From: Neovahlkampfia damariscottae
Lineage: Eukaryota
NCBI GenBank assembly: GCA_016618085.1
Contig: JABLTG010000109.1
Span: 1-64,000, forward strand
Reading direction: 5' to 3'
Length of the DNA stretch: 64,000 nucleotides
Under the pieces are notes generated by a model that was not told the DNA's origin, did no database searches, and saw only the letters and a list, made by a program, of their open reading frames with translations. The translations under genes were made by a program, and so were the position numbers. Positions 1-11,827 of the stretch are shown one piece after another (position 1 is the stretch's first letter; each line of letters starts with the position of its first letter).

Positions 1-408
1 CATTTTTTAATCATTCCTTTGACTGGAAATTTTGAAATCAAAATTTCATCATTATTTTCACAAAGATCTTTGGAAACACTTTTATGAAATGCTTCTTTCA
101 ATCCTTGAATTCGGTTTTGATATTTTTTCTTCAATTTATATCTTTTTTTTTTTAATTTTTTTATTTCTTCTTTTGACATTTTATCAATTTTTAATTCTTC
201 AGAATTCACCTTTTTTTTTTACAGTTTAAACCACTTCTTCTTTATCATTATTAGAAATCATATGAAACATCACCCATGTTCCAGCGCCTTTGTAAACATT
301 TTCGTTATTTTGTTAATGTTTTTCAGTCTTCAAACTTTGTGTAAAACAAAAAAAATGAATGTTGTTGGTTGGAAAAATAAGATGGATAAACAATAAATTT
401 AAATTTAT

Positions 409-1746
409 TTAGAGTACTTTTGGATATAAGATTTGAACGTTTTGAGGATTGTTAAAATCTGGTGTTGGTTCAACATTAATTTCTTCAACTTGTTGTGGTG
501 ATTCTTGTTGTACATTGGTATCTTCAACTGAAGCTTCTTCTCTTTCAATTTCAGTTTCAGTTTGATTTTGATTTTCACCATAAGAGATTTTGAGACCACA
601 ACAACTAATTTCAGTTTGTCCTTTACGTCTTAAATGATGAACAAAAAGAATAACAGCCCAAATCATCATTGGTAAAAACCAAATGAACATTGGAATCAAT
701 TGTCTATTACATCCGAATGAATGTCTGTATTCATGACTTTGATATCTATAATGATGTTGAGAACCTTGTTGTCTATTGTATCCTTGATGATGATGATGTC
801 CTCCATGATTCTTTGGATAATGATTCATACAACTAATATGAGTATAAGTAACAAATGAAGCAAGTAAAAATGCACCAAAAATTAATGCGTGAATGAAGAA
901 TCCATTATTTTTTTTTGATTTTTGATATTTTGATTTCAAAGCATGTACAGCTAATAGTGAACCCCAAACAGAACCCATTGAAACTGCAAAGAAAAGAGTT
1001 CTCCACCAGAGACAAGCAATAAAATTAAATCCATTTAATACTACAAATACTAAAGCATGAATATAGAATCTATATACTCCTTCTTCTTTTAATTTTTCTT
1101 TTTGTTTTTTGATTTTTTTGAAAGCTACAACTGAAAGCATGATACCACATGGATAAATGAACCATGGGAAACCAAATGGTGTGAAAACACAATAAACTAA
1201 TGGAAAGAGGAAGAATAATACTCCAAAGATCTTTTCAAGGTTTTTTGTTAATTTACCACATCCTCCTTTAGCACACATTGACCAACGACATTGAGTTTGT
1301 AATTGTGGTTGAAATTGTTGTTGAGGTTGTGTTTGATATTGTTGTTGTGGTTGATTTTTTCTTCTTTTTTCTTGATCTTCATAAATGACATTTTTGATTT
1401 CTTCTGAACCTGTGAGGTTTAATGGGAATTGAGCTTCTCCATTTGGTACATGTGGATTGATTTCACTTTGTAAAAGTATTTTTACAAGTTCCATTTGATT
1501 AAATGAAGCCGCATAATGAAGTGGTGTGAAATTATTGTAATTTTTATAGTCAAATACATTTGGATCCGCATGAGCTTCAATTAAAATTTGAACTACTTCC
1601 ACTTGAGAGTTGTAAGTAGCAAATTGAAGAGCTGTGAAACCATTACTGTCTTTTGAATTTATGTCAGCTCCATTACTGAGTGATTCAATCACTCCTTGTA
1701 AGTCACCATTTGCTGCTGATACAAGTAAGTTTTGGTTGTGATTCAT
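409..1746 (-). CDS. Ankyrin-repeat protein with Q-rich linker and two 2TM-like membrane modules
   Basis: ANK motifs (GFTALQFAT, FTPLHYAAS); two FxIHALxF...W..xLxxH hydrophobic hairpins. ATG at 1746 lies just downstream of a CCAAT box. Confidence 0.8.
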   Translation of the reverse strand: MNHNQNLLVSAANGDLQGVIESLSNGADINSKDSNGFTALQFATYNSQVEVVQILIEAHADPNVFDYKNYNNFTPLHYAASFNQMELVKILLQSEINPHVPNGEAQFPLNLTGSEEIKNVIYEDQEKRRKNQPQQQYQTQPQQQFQPQLQTQCRWSMCAKGGCGKLTKNLEKIFGVLFFLFPLVYCVFTPFGFPWFIYPCGIMLSVVAFKKIKKQKEKLKEEGVYRFYIHALVFVVLNGFNFIACLWWRTLFFAVSMGSVWGSLLAVHALKSKYQKSKKNNGFFIHALIFGAFLLASFVTYTHISCMNHYPKNHGGHHHHQGYNRQQGSQHHYRYQSHEYRHSFGCNRQLIPMFIWFLPMMIWAVILFVHHLRRKGQTEISCCGLKISYGENQNQTETEIEREEASVEDTNVQQESPQQVEEINVEPTPDFNNPQNVQILYPKVL

Positions 1747-1972
1747 TGTTGATTTTTGTTCAAGTTGAAATAAACCAATCAAACCATGCTAATTTATAAT
1801 TTGTCGGAGATTTATTTTTATCCAGTTTCCACCAATCAATGAATTTTGATTTATAGTCCACGTGTTTTTTTATTATTTAACAAAAATCTGTATTTTTTTT
1901 CTTCACCTAAAAAAGATTGGAAATATAACTTCCAAAAGTTTCACCCAACCAATTGCATTTCACTTTTTTTGA

Positions 1973-2394
1973 ATGGAAGACGAAGAGAGTAAGTGTTGAA
2001 TTTATTCACTTTAAACTTTGTAGATTTACCTACAGCTGATTTAGAAAGAGCCATAACGGTTCACAATTCAAGAAAAACAACAAAATTTGAAAAAATCCAA
2101 ATCTTACTTTTGGGATTGTCAGGTATATTAGGACTGATATTCATTGCTCTCTCAATACTCATATGGATTGATGTAATTCAATTAGGAATTGTTGGACCAC
2201 CAAAACACATTATACCTTCAATTCTTCTTTCACTGGGAATACTCACTCCTATCTTTACAACTTGTGTTTTCCTCATTATTCCTTGGATATTTAAAAAAGC
2301 AAAACCAGAAGTAGCAAAAAGAATTAAATCAAAAAAACCAAAAGCTCAACCATACTTACATTTTAAAGATGAAGACGAAGATGTGTTGGTTTAA
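1973..2394 (+). CDS. Small two-TM membrane protein
   Basis: ATG 1973; a 35-nt GT-AG intron (1989-2023) joins it into the 133-aa ORF; two hydrophobic helices. Confidence 0.65.
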
Positions 2395-3193
2395 ACTCCT
2401 TTGTACAAAATTAAACTTTATTTTTTTTAAAGTTTTCTGGAGGTTTAGTTGCATTTAACATTTTGGTGAATGTAAATGCTTTCTTTTTCACTTTTCTATT
2501 TTCATTGTTTTGAACATTTTTTGGTGAAGGCTCTGTAAAGTCTTGATCTTTTTTTAGGTGTAGCAATAATTCATCTTGTTTTTGATTTCATCACAGTTTT
2601 TCTTTTTCAGTCTTTGGTGGTGAAATGCTGCAGTTAATTCAATTGAAAATTTTTAGGTGATCTTTTCTTTGAATTTCTCCATTTTAGAATTTTGAAATTC
2701 TTTCTTCAAAATCATTTTTCAATTTGAACTATTTTGTTGTTAATTTTTTTTACATCAAAAAACTCTTGTTCAATAATTTCAGCTTCTTCCTTTTTTTTGA
2801 TTGGCGTTTTGAATTGGATGAGGAAATTGTAGGTGAAGCTTAAATTTACAGTTTCCTCAAAAAAATTATTGAGAATCATTGCTATTACAAGTTAAACACC
2901 AAACACAAAAAAAGAGACTGACAAATTGAATCATAAAAAAAAAATTTTAAATTCATTCAGGTCCATTGCTGAACATGAAATTCCAATCCAAGAAAGTCTG
3001 AGATTTGGTGCTTCCATTCTTCTAAATATTTTTGTTCTGGATAAGAATGAAAAATGTGACAAGTGTTTTTTATTAATGCACAGACGGATCTAAATTCAAA
3101 ATTACAGATCACGAGATATCTTCACATGCAATATATTCAATGTTTGAAATCGTCCAATCATTATCGTTTTGCTTAACAACCGACAAATTTTTA

Positions 3194-4140
3194 ATGGAAT
3201 CAACCGGTCACCCTGTGATTTCAGAAACTTCAATGAACAGTTTCTTGAAGCTTCATCATTGTATTCTAAATGAAAAAGAATATCAACAGCTAAAACAATC
3301 AGCAGCAGATTTTCTCTCCAAGAAGAAGTCCAAATATGAGTTTATTTCTCAATATGAAGCATTAATGAACAGTAAAAATCATAGAAAGGTGGCACGTAAA
3401 CTAGTTAAAAAGTTCTTTCCTTCAGATTCCAATATGAATTCGTTTGTATTTGTCGAACAGAAAGACAAAAAATCATTCAAAGAAAATTCAAAGGACAAAC
3501 TCCCAATTCCAAAAATCAAAAGATTTTCAGAAAATTCATGTATGAGTCCACCTAAAAAAAGGTATATAATAGAAGAAAAAGATAATTCAAGTTTGAAATA
3601 TGCCTGTGGTAAACTGCATCATTTTTCTTAACTATTTTAGAATCTTGTAAAAAAATTGAGGAAATATTATACTGCAGGGATTGTGAATCATTTCAATGTA
3701 TTTCATGTTTCAGTATCATTCATCAAACTGAAAAGAAGCAAGACCATTCAACAACTGATAAATTGATTCCAGAGAAATGTCCATTTCATCCAGATGAATA
3801 TATCAAATTATATTGTTCATCTGATCATTCAAAATATTGTTTCAAGTGCTCATCAGAACATCACAAGAATCATCAATTGTATTCGATTGAATTGTTCAAT
3901 TTGAAGAATGATATTGTTCAATTTGATTTCTCTTCTTTAAAATCGAAAGTTTGTGAAGATTTGTTGGAAAGCAAAAGAAAAATGGATGAAATGAATTGTA
4001 AATTACAAGAAGAATCAAAAAAAATCAAAGAGAATGTGATGTTATTCAAAAAAATGGAATATATCAAAAAAAATCTCCTAACTCAAAATGATCCAGTCAT
4101 TTTATCAACTTGGTCTAATTTCATGAAAAACTGTAAATAA
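3194..4140 (+). CDS. RST-like N-terminal domain + B-box zinc finger + coiled coil (paralogue A)
   Basis: An intron at ~3608-3640 joins two ORFs; B-box CPFHPDEYIKLYCSSDHSKYCFKCSSEHH; clear similarity to 4300-5037. Confidence 0.65.
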
Positions 4141-4299
4141 AAGTTTCTTTCTTCCATCCTTAAAATAGTGATTTTTTGATTTGAATCTTTTCTTTTCCAT
4201 TTTTGGGTAAAATAGAAAATCGGTTGGAAATTCGGTTGAGATTGTTGAATAAATAGCCAATGACAAAATCTCCAATCGTCAAGAGAACAACAATTAAAG

Positions 4300-5037
4300 A
4301 TGTTAAACTCTTCAATGAACCACTTTATAAATCTACACCAATTCATATTAGACATCAATCAACGAAGAAATTTGCAAACACTTTCAAATGAATTTGCATG
4401 CAAGAAAATCAATCAAAATCAATTTCTTGCTCAATATCACATGATGATGTATCAATTGAATAAACAAGATATTGCTAACTTATTGATTTTGAAGTTGTTT
4501 CCAGTCAACTTTCCAATTCCTCAAATCCAACAACACATGAACTTTACACCAATGCCTAAACAAAAAGAAATAACAAATATTCAACCAAAAAAACCAAAAG
4601 CAAGAAAATTTTCTGAAACTACATCCAATACACCAAATAAAAAGCTCAAATTTGATGAGATCAAATTTGAAAAATGCCGTTCTCATCCTGCAGAAAATAT
4701 AAAGTGGTTCGATCCAAAATCCAATTCCAAATGTTGTTCAATATGCCTTAATCATAAAGAACATACCAACTTGGTTCCAATTGAATTGTACAACTTGAAA
4801 AAAGATATCATTAAATTTGATTTCAAAACTCAAAAAACCAAAATTTGTTATGAATTATTAGAAAGCAAACGTAAAATAGATTATTTGAAAATGCAGATTC
4901 AACAAGAGAATTCAAAAGTGAATCGTAGGGTGGCAGTTGTTAAGAAAATGGAACACATAAAAAAGAATCTATCAAAACAAAACGATTCTGAAGTATTACA
5001 AGAATGGAAGGACTATTTGGAAGAAATTAGAATATAG
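4300..5037 (+). CDS. RST-like + B-box + coiled coil protein (paralogue B)
   Basis: CRSHPAENIKWF...CCSICLNHKEH; IELYNLKKDII...LLESKRK is shared with the upstream paralogue. Confidence 0.7.
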   Translation: MLNSSMNHFINLHQFILDINQRRNLQTLSNEFACKKINQNQFLAQYHMMMYQLNKQDIANLLILKLFPVNFPIPQIQQHMNFTPMPKQKEITNIQPKKPKARKFSETTSNTPNKKLKFDEIKFEKCRSHPAENIKWFDPKSNSKCCSICLNHKEHTNLVPIELYNLKKDIIKFDFKTQKTKICYELLESKRKIDYLKMQIQQENSKVNRRVAVVKKMEHIKKNLSKQNDSEVLQEWKDYLEEIRI

Positions 5038-5126
5038 CTTTCAAGAGAAATTGTAGAAATAAATTCTTTTTCTTTTAAAAAATTTGATTGGTTGAAATTG
5101 AAGTACTCAACAACAGTCGACTGCAG

Positions 5127-6146
5127 ATGTCAATTTTTTTTGATGGTCCTCATTGTGATATTGAAAAAGTACAAAAACGAGATTCAATTTCTATTTCAAA
5201 CAAAGAACTTTATTTATCCAATATCAGTGATTTTGAAGGTGAACCAGATGAAACAATAATGTTCATTCATATACCAACATTTTTCAATTATTTTCTTGAA
5301 AAAAATAATCTTCAAGAAAATACAAAAATTTTATCAGCAGGTAAATTCAAAACAAAGACATCTTTCATCAGAGAAATTTATCTGTTAAAAAATGATATTC
5401 CAGTAGCTGGTTTAGTGGCAACAGAATATTTAAAAAATGAACCAGATGATTCAAAAAGATATCGTGTTTATGTTAATTTCCTGGAAAAAACAGGACTTGA
5501 AGAAAATCCTCATAAAAATCCAACACTTCCTCAATTTTTGTTAAAGACTTATGTGGAGTATATTGAAGTGTGTGGATTTTTATATCTTCATTTATGGATT
5601 GATTCGGCAACTGAAAAAGTTGGTTCTTATATTTTCAAAAATGCCCACAAAAACAACAAATACACACCAAAAAATGAAATTGAAAAAAAGAAAAGTGATG
5701 AAATATTAAAGAATTGGTACTTCAACTTATTGACAGAATTTGAACCAACACCATATCAGTGGTCAAATGAATTGAATATTTTTCCTCCTTCATTTGACGA
5801 TGATGTGAAAAATGCTTTCAACGAAATTGGTAAAAATGCAATGCTAAAAATCGCTGAAATTAAAAGAATGATTTCAAAACTTTCAAACGAAATTGATAGT
5901 TTATTTGCTGATAATACTTTAGTTATCAAATTGGAACAACCAATTTTAACAACAATTCAACAAGTCAGTATTGATGATGAATGTGGTTATAAAATTCGTT
6001 GTTTTACAGGTAGACCAATGTATCCATCATTTGAAGATGGTATATCATTAAGAGACTATCATTTAACAACAGATTTTCAAAAAGACAATTTTGACAAAAA
6101 TGAATACAAAGAAAAGATAAAAAAACATTTGTTGTTCTCTGATTGA
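5127..6146 (+). CDS. Stand-alone KAT11 (p300/CBP-type) acetyltransferase-like protein
   Basis: RVYVNFLE...TYVEYIEVCGFLYLHLW...YIF...LKNWYFNLL follows the order of the p300/CBP HAT motifs RVYISYLD...YLEYVKKLG...HIW...YIF...LQEWYKKML. Confidence 0.6.
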   Translation: MSIFFDGPHCDIEKVQKRDSISISNKELYLSNISDFEGEPDETIMFIHIPTFFNYFLEKNNLQENTKILSAGKFKTKTSFIREIYLLKNDIPVAGLVATEYLKNEPDDSKRYRVYVNFLEKTGLEENPHKNPTLPQFLLKTYVEYIEVCGFLYLHLWIDSATEKVGSYIFKNAHKNNKYTPKNEIEKKKSDEILKNWYFNLLTEFEPTPYQWSNELNIFPPSFDDDVKNAFNEIGKNAMLKIAEIKRMISKLSNEIDSLFADNTLVIKLEQPILTTIQQVSIDDECGYKIRCFTGRPMYPSFEDGISLRDYHLTTDFQKDNFDKNEYKEKIKKHLLFSD

Positions 6147-6297
6147 ATAAATCCATATTTTCGGGTCAATTATTATTTATTTCACTATTACTAGTTTCTT
6201 TGAATGTAATATTGATCTGAACAAAAAATTCCTTCTTTGAGGAATTTAATTCGATCATAAAATTCCACCAATCAAAAATCCAACAAACAAAAAAAAC

Positions 6298-7050
6298 ATG
6301 TTTCGGAGATTAGTAGCCAACAGAAGATTATTCGCCATGAAAAGATCAAAAAGAAAAACTCCTGAAATAGAAAGTGAAATGAGAGAAAGTCTTGAAGAGT
6401 ATAATCAAATTTTTCACAACAATAAAAAGTGGGTTGAATCTTCTGTTGAAAAAGACCCTGATTTTTTTCTCCGAAGAGCAAAAGAACAAACTCCAAGATA
6501 CTTATTTATTGGTTGCTCTGATTCCAGAGTACCTGCTGAACAAATTACAGGTTTAGAACCAGGACAACTTTTTGTTCATCGTAATATCGCAAATATGGTA
6601 GTCAACACAGATTTGAGTTGTTTGTCAGTTATTCAATTCGCAATTGAAGTTTTAAAAGTCAAACATATCATCGTTTGTGGTCATTATGGTTGTGGTGGAG
6701 TTGAAAAGAGTTTAGAAAATAATGATTTAGGATTGATTGAAAATTGGTTGAGAAATATTAGAGATGTTCAAAGATTACATTTAGATGAATTAGAAGCAAT
6801 TGAAGATCCAAAAGCGAAAAGAAGACGATTGGTTGAATTAAATGTTCAAGAACAATGTATTAATCTTTTGAAAACAAATTTTGTTCAAAATAGATTAGAA
6901 GAAACTGAAAATGCCTTTCCAATGATTCATGGATGGGTATATGAATTGAAAGAAGGTCTTTTAAAAGAATTACCAATTGATTTTGCTCAACAACAAAAAA
7001 AGTTTAGAAAAATTTATCGTTTGAATCCATTAAAAGATTGGATGAAATAA
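6298..7050 (+). CDS. Beta-class carbonic anhydrase
   Basis: GCSDSR, FVHRNIAN and HYGCGG zinc-ligand motifs; Arg-rich N-terminus. Confidence 0.95.
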   Translation: MFRRLVANRRLFAMKRSKRKTPEIESEMRESLEEYNQIFHNNKKWVESSVEKDPDFFLRRAKEQTPRYLFIGCSDSRVPAEQITGLEPGQLFVHRNIANMVVNTDLSCLSVIQFAIEVLKVKHIIVCGHYGCGGVEKSLENNDLGLIENWLRNIRDVQRLHLDELEAIEDPKAKRRRLVELNVQEQCINLLKTNFVQNRLEETENAFPMIHGWVYELKEGLLKELPIDFAQQQKKFRKIYRLNPLKDWMK

Positions 7051-7097
7051 AAATTGATTGAAAAAAAGAGTTGTTTTTTTATTGGTTGAATAATTTG

Positions 7098-7874
7098 ATG
7101 GGTAATTGTGGAGGAAGTGAGAGTGAGAAAGAAAATGTTATTTCTGGTCAAAGAGATCGTAAAATGGTTTTACTTTTTATTTTTTAGTTTCTGTTGTGAA
7201 TAAGGTTGAAGGAGAAGGTTTAAAAAAAATTGAAAAAAAAGACACTCATAAAGTTTTATTATTGGGTGATTCAGGTGTTGGAAAATCATCGTTTTATTTA
7301 TTTACAGCTAAACTTTTTTTTTAGACTGTTGATACGTCTTGTTGTAAAAAAAACATAAAAATTGAAAAAAATAGGATGACCAATTTTCTTTCTCACATGG
7401 TGGGTTAAAGAAATTTTATTGACAAATTTTTAGTTAGTACGATTGGATGTGAATACAAATCCATCACTTTGGATGTGAATGAAGGAAAAATAAAATTAAA
7501 CATTTGGGGTAAATCAAACAAACTCAATATTTTTTCTTGTAGATACAGCAGGACAGGATAGATTCAGATCTATTACAAAAAGTTATTTTAGAGGTGCCAC
7601 AGCAGTTGTTTTTGTATATGACATCTGTAGTAGAGATTCCTTCATCAGTTTAAAGAACAATTGGTACAAAGATGCGAAAGAGAGCTTAGATGAGTTTATT
7701 GGCATTGTTGTTGGAAATAAACTAGACTTACAAGATGGAAGAGTAGTTGACACTAATCAAGCAAAAGAATTCGCAGATAGAAATGGATTATCTTATATCG
7801 AAGCATCTGCAAAAGAATCAACAAATGTCCAAGAGGTTTTTAAGAACGTTGCAACACAATTATCAAATGTATAA
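7098..7874 (+). CDS. Rab-family small GTPase with N-terminal MGNC extension and no C-terminal Cys
   Basis: Spliced over introns 7159-7187, 7291-7324, 7344-7374, 7400-7433 and 7509-7542 gives GDSGVGKS, TIGCEY, WDTAGQDRFRSITKSYFRGA, GNKLD, EASAK; ends ATQLSNV*. Confidence 0.9.
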
Positions 7875-7883
7875 AATATCAAT

Positions 7884-10800
7884 TTATTGAAGTAATTTAT
7901 TCTTAATTTGAACTAATGCTTTTTTATATTTTTCTTCAGTTTTAACTTTTTCCAATTCAGAATCACTAAGTTTTTGTTTCTTTTTCAATTGGTCAATCAA
8001 ATTCAAACGTTTTTCAATTTTCTTTAATTTCTCTTTTAATTCTGATTCATAAAAATCAACGACAATAGTATCTGAATATACTTGAAGTTTCTTTTCTTTT
8101 TCATGAAGGATTTCAAAAATTTCATTTTTCTTGCTCAATTTTCCATTGAATTCTTCATCCATCAAATTTTTCACTTCCCAGACTGATTTAGTCTTTGATC
8201 CGAATATTTTATTTGAATCTGAATAGATTTTGTTAATTTCTGATTTGCTAGGATTCAATTGATTCAATTGATGTAATTTCAAAACTTCAAATGAATGTAG
8301 AGACAAATGAATGGAAGGACGATGTTCTCTGAATTCATTGACATCAATTGTTACTTTGACATGATCAAATAATTTCAACACAAACTTGTTGTTATTTAAC
8401 GAAATGATCTAAATAAAGTTAGACATGATCAAATTATACCATTTTTATTGAATCTTGATCAAATTCCATTTTACAAAATTTGATATTTTTCAATTGGTTT
8501 AAATCTGATTGTGGAATAATGACTTCTCCTTCCTTATCTATGATGAAAATATTTGATTTCAATCTGTATTTAGGAACATATATCGAGATTGAATTTGATT
8601 TCATTCCATAAATGATTCCTTCTTCTATTGGAAGAGATTTATTTTTTTCAGTCAAAAAGAACATAGATGAGAACCATTCATTTGATTCCATTTGAACTTG
8701 TTTACTAGAACGATGTTGATCATTCATATAATCAGCTATTTCTTGTAATTCTTTGTTTTCAAAAATTTCTTTTTCTGATAGCAATAATCGATGAACAATC
8801 ACATCAGCGTATCGACGAATTGGAGAACTTTAAAAAATTCAATAATTTTAAAGAGTTACGTGAAATGAGTGTAATATTGTAATGCCAAACCATAATGATA
8901 GAAATCTTCAAATGAAAAAGATCCAGTCGAAAAATATTCAGCTTCAGACATTGCTCTAGTAGCCAATGAACGTAATAACAAATTCACATTTGGATCAGCT
9001 TCATCAATTGCTTTTGATAATGAAATTGATAAATTTTCATTAGAACTTGTGTCAATAATGAATCTATGAATTAGAAAATATTTAAAAATGTAATTCTTTT
9101 TACCCTTTTGATTCTGCTGTTTTTTTCAATTGATCAAAATTTTGTTGATTTGGAAATGGATGTTTTCTTAATAATGCAGCATTTGGGAATTTTTTGTAAA
9201 TTCTAGTTGCTACTGAATGATTTGCAAAAATCATCCATTCAGCAACAATTTGATGAATTTCAGCATCATCATGAGTTTCAATTTTTGTTGGGTTGCTTTT
9301 GTTATCAAGACTTATTTGAATTTCATCTAATGAAGCCAAATCAACTGCTCCTTTGATTTCTCTTTGTTTTTTTAAAATTCTTGCATATTTTTGTAAATTC
9401 ATTAATCCTTTCTTGACGCAAATTTGATCTTTTTCATCAATCTTACAACTTTTCCAACCAGTTTTTGTCTACTGCTTTAAAGGTCAAAAATACTTACTTC
9501 AATAGGTTCTGTTTCTCTTCCATCAATTAGATTTTGAGCTTGATCATAATGCAAAGAGTAATCAGAGTTAATAACTGATCGACCAAACCATTGGTTCTTT
9601 ACTGTTCCTTCAGGTGTGAATTCCCAAATGACACTGACAGCATAACGATCTTGTTTTTGATGTAATGAACATAAATCAGTTGATAACAATGAAGGAAGCA
9701 TGTCTAATCTTCTATCAATGAGATATATAGTTGTTGATTTTTTTCTGGCTTCCAAATCCAAAGCTGAGTTTAAATTTACGAATGCAGTGACATCTGCAAT
9801 ATGAACACCGATTTGAATATTCCCATTATTGAGTTCTTTATATGATAATGCATCATCTATATCAACACAACCAATAGGATCAATACTCATGGTTAAAACT
9901 TTTCTCATATCTTTTCTTTTTTTGAATTCTTCTTTTGGAATTTGATAAGGCTTTTCTTTGGAATGTGTTGGTAGTTCTTTGATGGCAGATGGTGAAAAAC
10001 TTTCATAACTAATATTATTTTCAAGTAATAAAGCTTCAGTTTCAATATTCAAATCTCCGATATCTCCTAAACTCTTTACATAAAAACCATTTGGGTAACT
10101 TGATGAAAAAAATGAGTATCAATGAGAATATCATACTTTGAGTTTTTTTCCCATGAAATTATTCTCACAATGATTCTAGAATTTTCTAAATTTTTCTTTT
10201 GTTTGGTTTTGATTCTGATGAATGGAATTCTATAATCCAATGGAGTACACAGAACATAATCAGAATTTGACTTTTTTTCTTTATCAATTTGAATACAAGC
10301 AACATAATCTCTGATATTTCGTGTAATAATACCAACAACTTTTCCACATGGTATTTCATCAATCCATTCATTTTCTGGTAATAATTCAACTCCAACTGTG
10401 TCTCCATGAATTGCTCTATTCATGTTTTTTCTTCCATGTATATGTATTATTGATGTAGAATTCATCATTTCATCATCCATGCCTTTCATTGAAATTTTTA
10501 ATTGAGCTTCTTTTGAGTTGAATTTATTGACTTTCAATGAACCTTTATAATAAAGAGCTTTTTTGACACCTTCTTCAATTGTTTCAATATTTAAATGATT
10601 TTCAAATTCATCATCATCTTGGTTAATTGATAAACTTTCAAATTTTGAGAGTAATGATTCATAATGATTTTGTAGAATTGAAGAATCATCAGTTATCCAT
10701 TCTTTTAGGTATTCTTCCACCGTTATGTTTTTAACTCCTGGTATTTCATTGAATTTTTCAATTTTTTGTTCACTTAAAATTATTATTGGTACTCTTTGTT

Positions 10801-11373
10801 GTAAATGTTCATAGAACCATACTGCTGTTGTGGCAATTGCTGAAGAAAAATAAGTTGAAAATTTACTTTACCTCGGTCTTGTCTTTGTGTTATTGTTTCA
10901 TTTTCACTTCTTTTTACATAGGTATGAATACTGTGTTCGTTTAAAAATACAATAGATTGGTTTTCTGAATTTGAAGTAAAATTTCTGAAAAATTAGTGAA
11001 TGTCAAAAATACAATACCTGATTCTTGCTACTAACTTTGATTTATTTGAGTTCTGTGCTTCATTTAATGCTGTTTCACAAAATATTAAATTCTTCATGGA
11101 TTTGAAGAGTAAATCTGAATATTTTAAGGTCACTTCAACTGTTGGAATAATGTAATGTGGATATTTTTTCATAAATGAAACATCATTTCTGTTGATATTT
11201 TTCATTTGTTGTTTTTTTGTGAGTGGATGATTTGGTAAAATTTTTTTTTCTTGTTCACAAGTTGAACATGCTTCACTTTGGCAAAATATATCTTCTCTGA
11301 GGTATACCTCTCGAACTATTTTGACTAATTTACCTCTATTGGTGATTTTGTTGAATGTTTTTTCCGTCTTCAT
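7884..11373 (-). CDS. DIS3L: DIS3/DIS3L-type exosome 3'-5' exoribonuclease (RNB family), multi-exon
   Basis: N-terminal [19 protein letters not shown]; catalytic [35 protein letters not shown]. The PIN acidic residues look degenerate, favouring DIS3L over DIS3. Confidence 0.85.
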
Positions 11374-11827
11374 GTTTAACAAACTGTCCAATCGAAATTG
11401 TTTATTGCTAAATTTTTTAGACACAAGAAATTCAAACCATTCAAGAAACAAAAAAATCAGTAAACCAACCATGAATTCATGTATTTAATTCACTAGATCA
11501 GGCTTCTCTCAGAAGTTTAGTTTAGTTCAACAATATTTGAGTCAGACCTTTCAAACAATAGAGATAAAACTTGGCTTATTTTTGGAAACTCTGGAGTATT
11601 CCAATCTTCAGAAGATTTCAATGAAGAAGATGATTTGTTGGGAATGCAGTGCTATTTCAAGTCGGAAAAAGAGTTCATGCCAAAAATCCTATTCCATTCC
11701 ATTGGGTGATATGATTCAAGATATTCAAAAGTTCCACAACTACTTTCTGTTCAACAAATCGGTTTCTAATAAAATCCATTGGACAACAAGTGATTTCTCA
11801 TCCAATCATTTCGATTTGTTGATTCCA

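Noticed and set aside
1..330. Minus-strand coding-like fragment at the window edge and the 65-aa plus ORF
   Set aside because: Truncated, low complexity and no consistent frame.
2420..2880. Coding-like minus-strand segment
   Set aside because: Could not build a stop-free spliced model or recognise a family; it may be a decayed or intron-rich gene.
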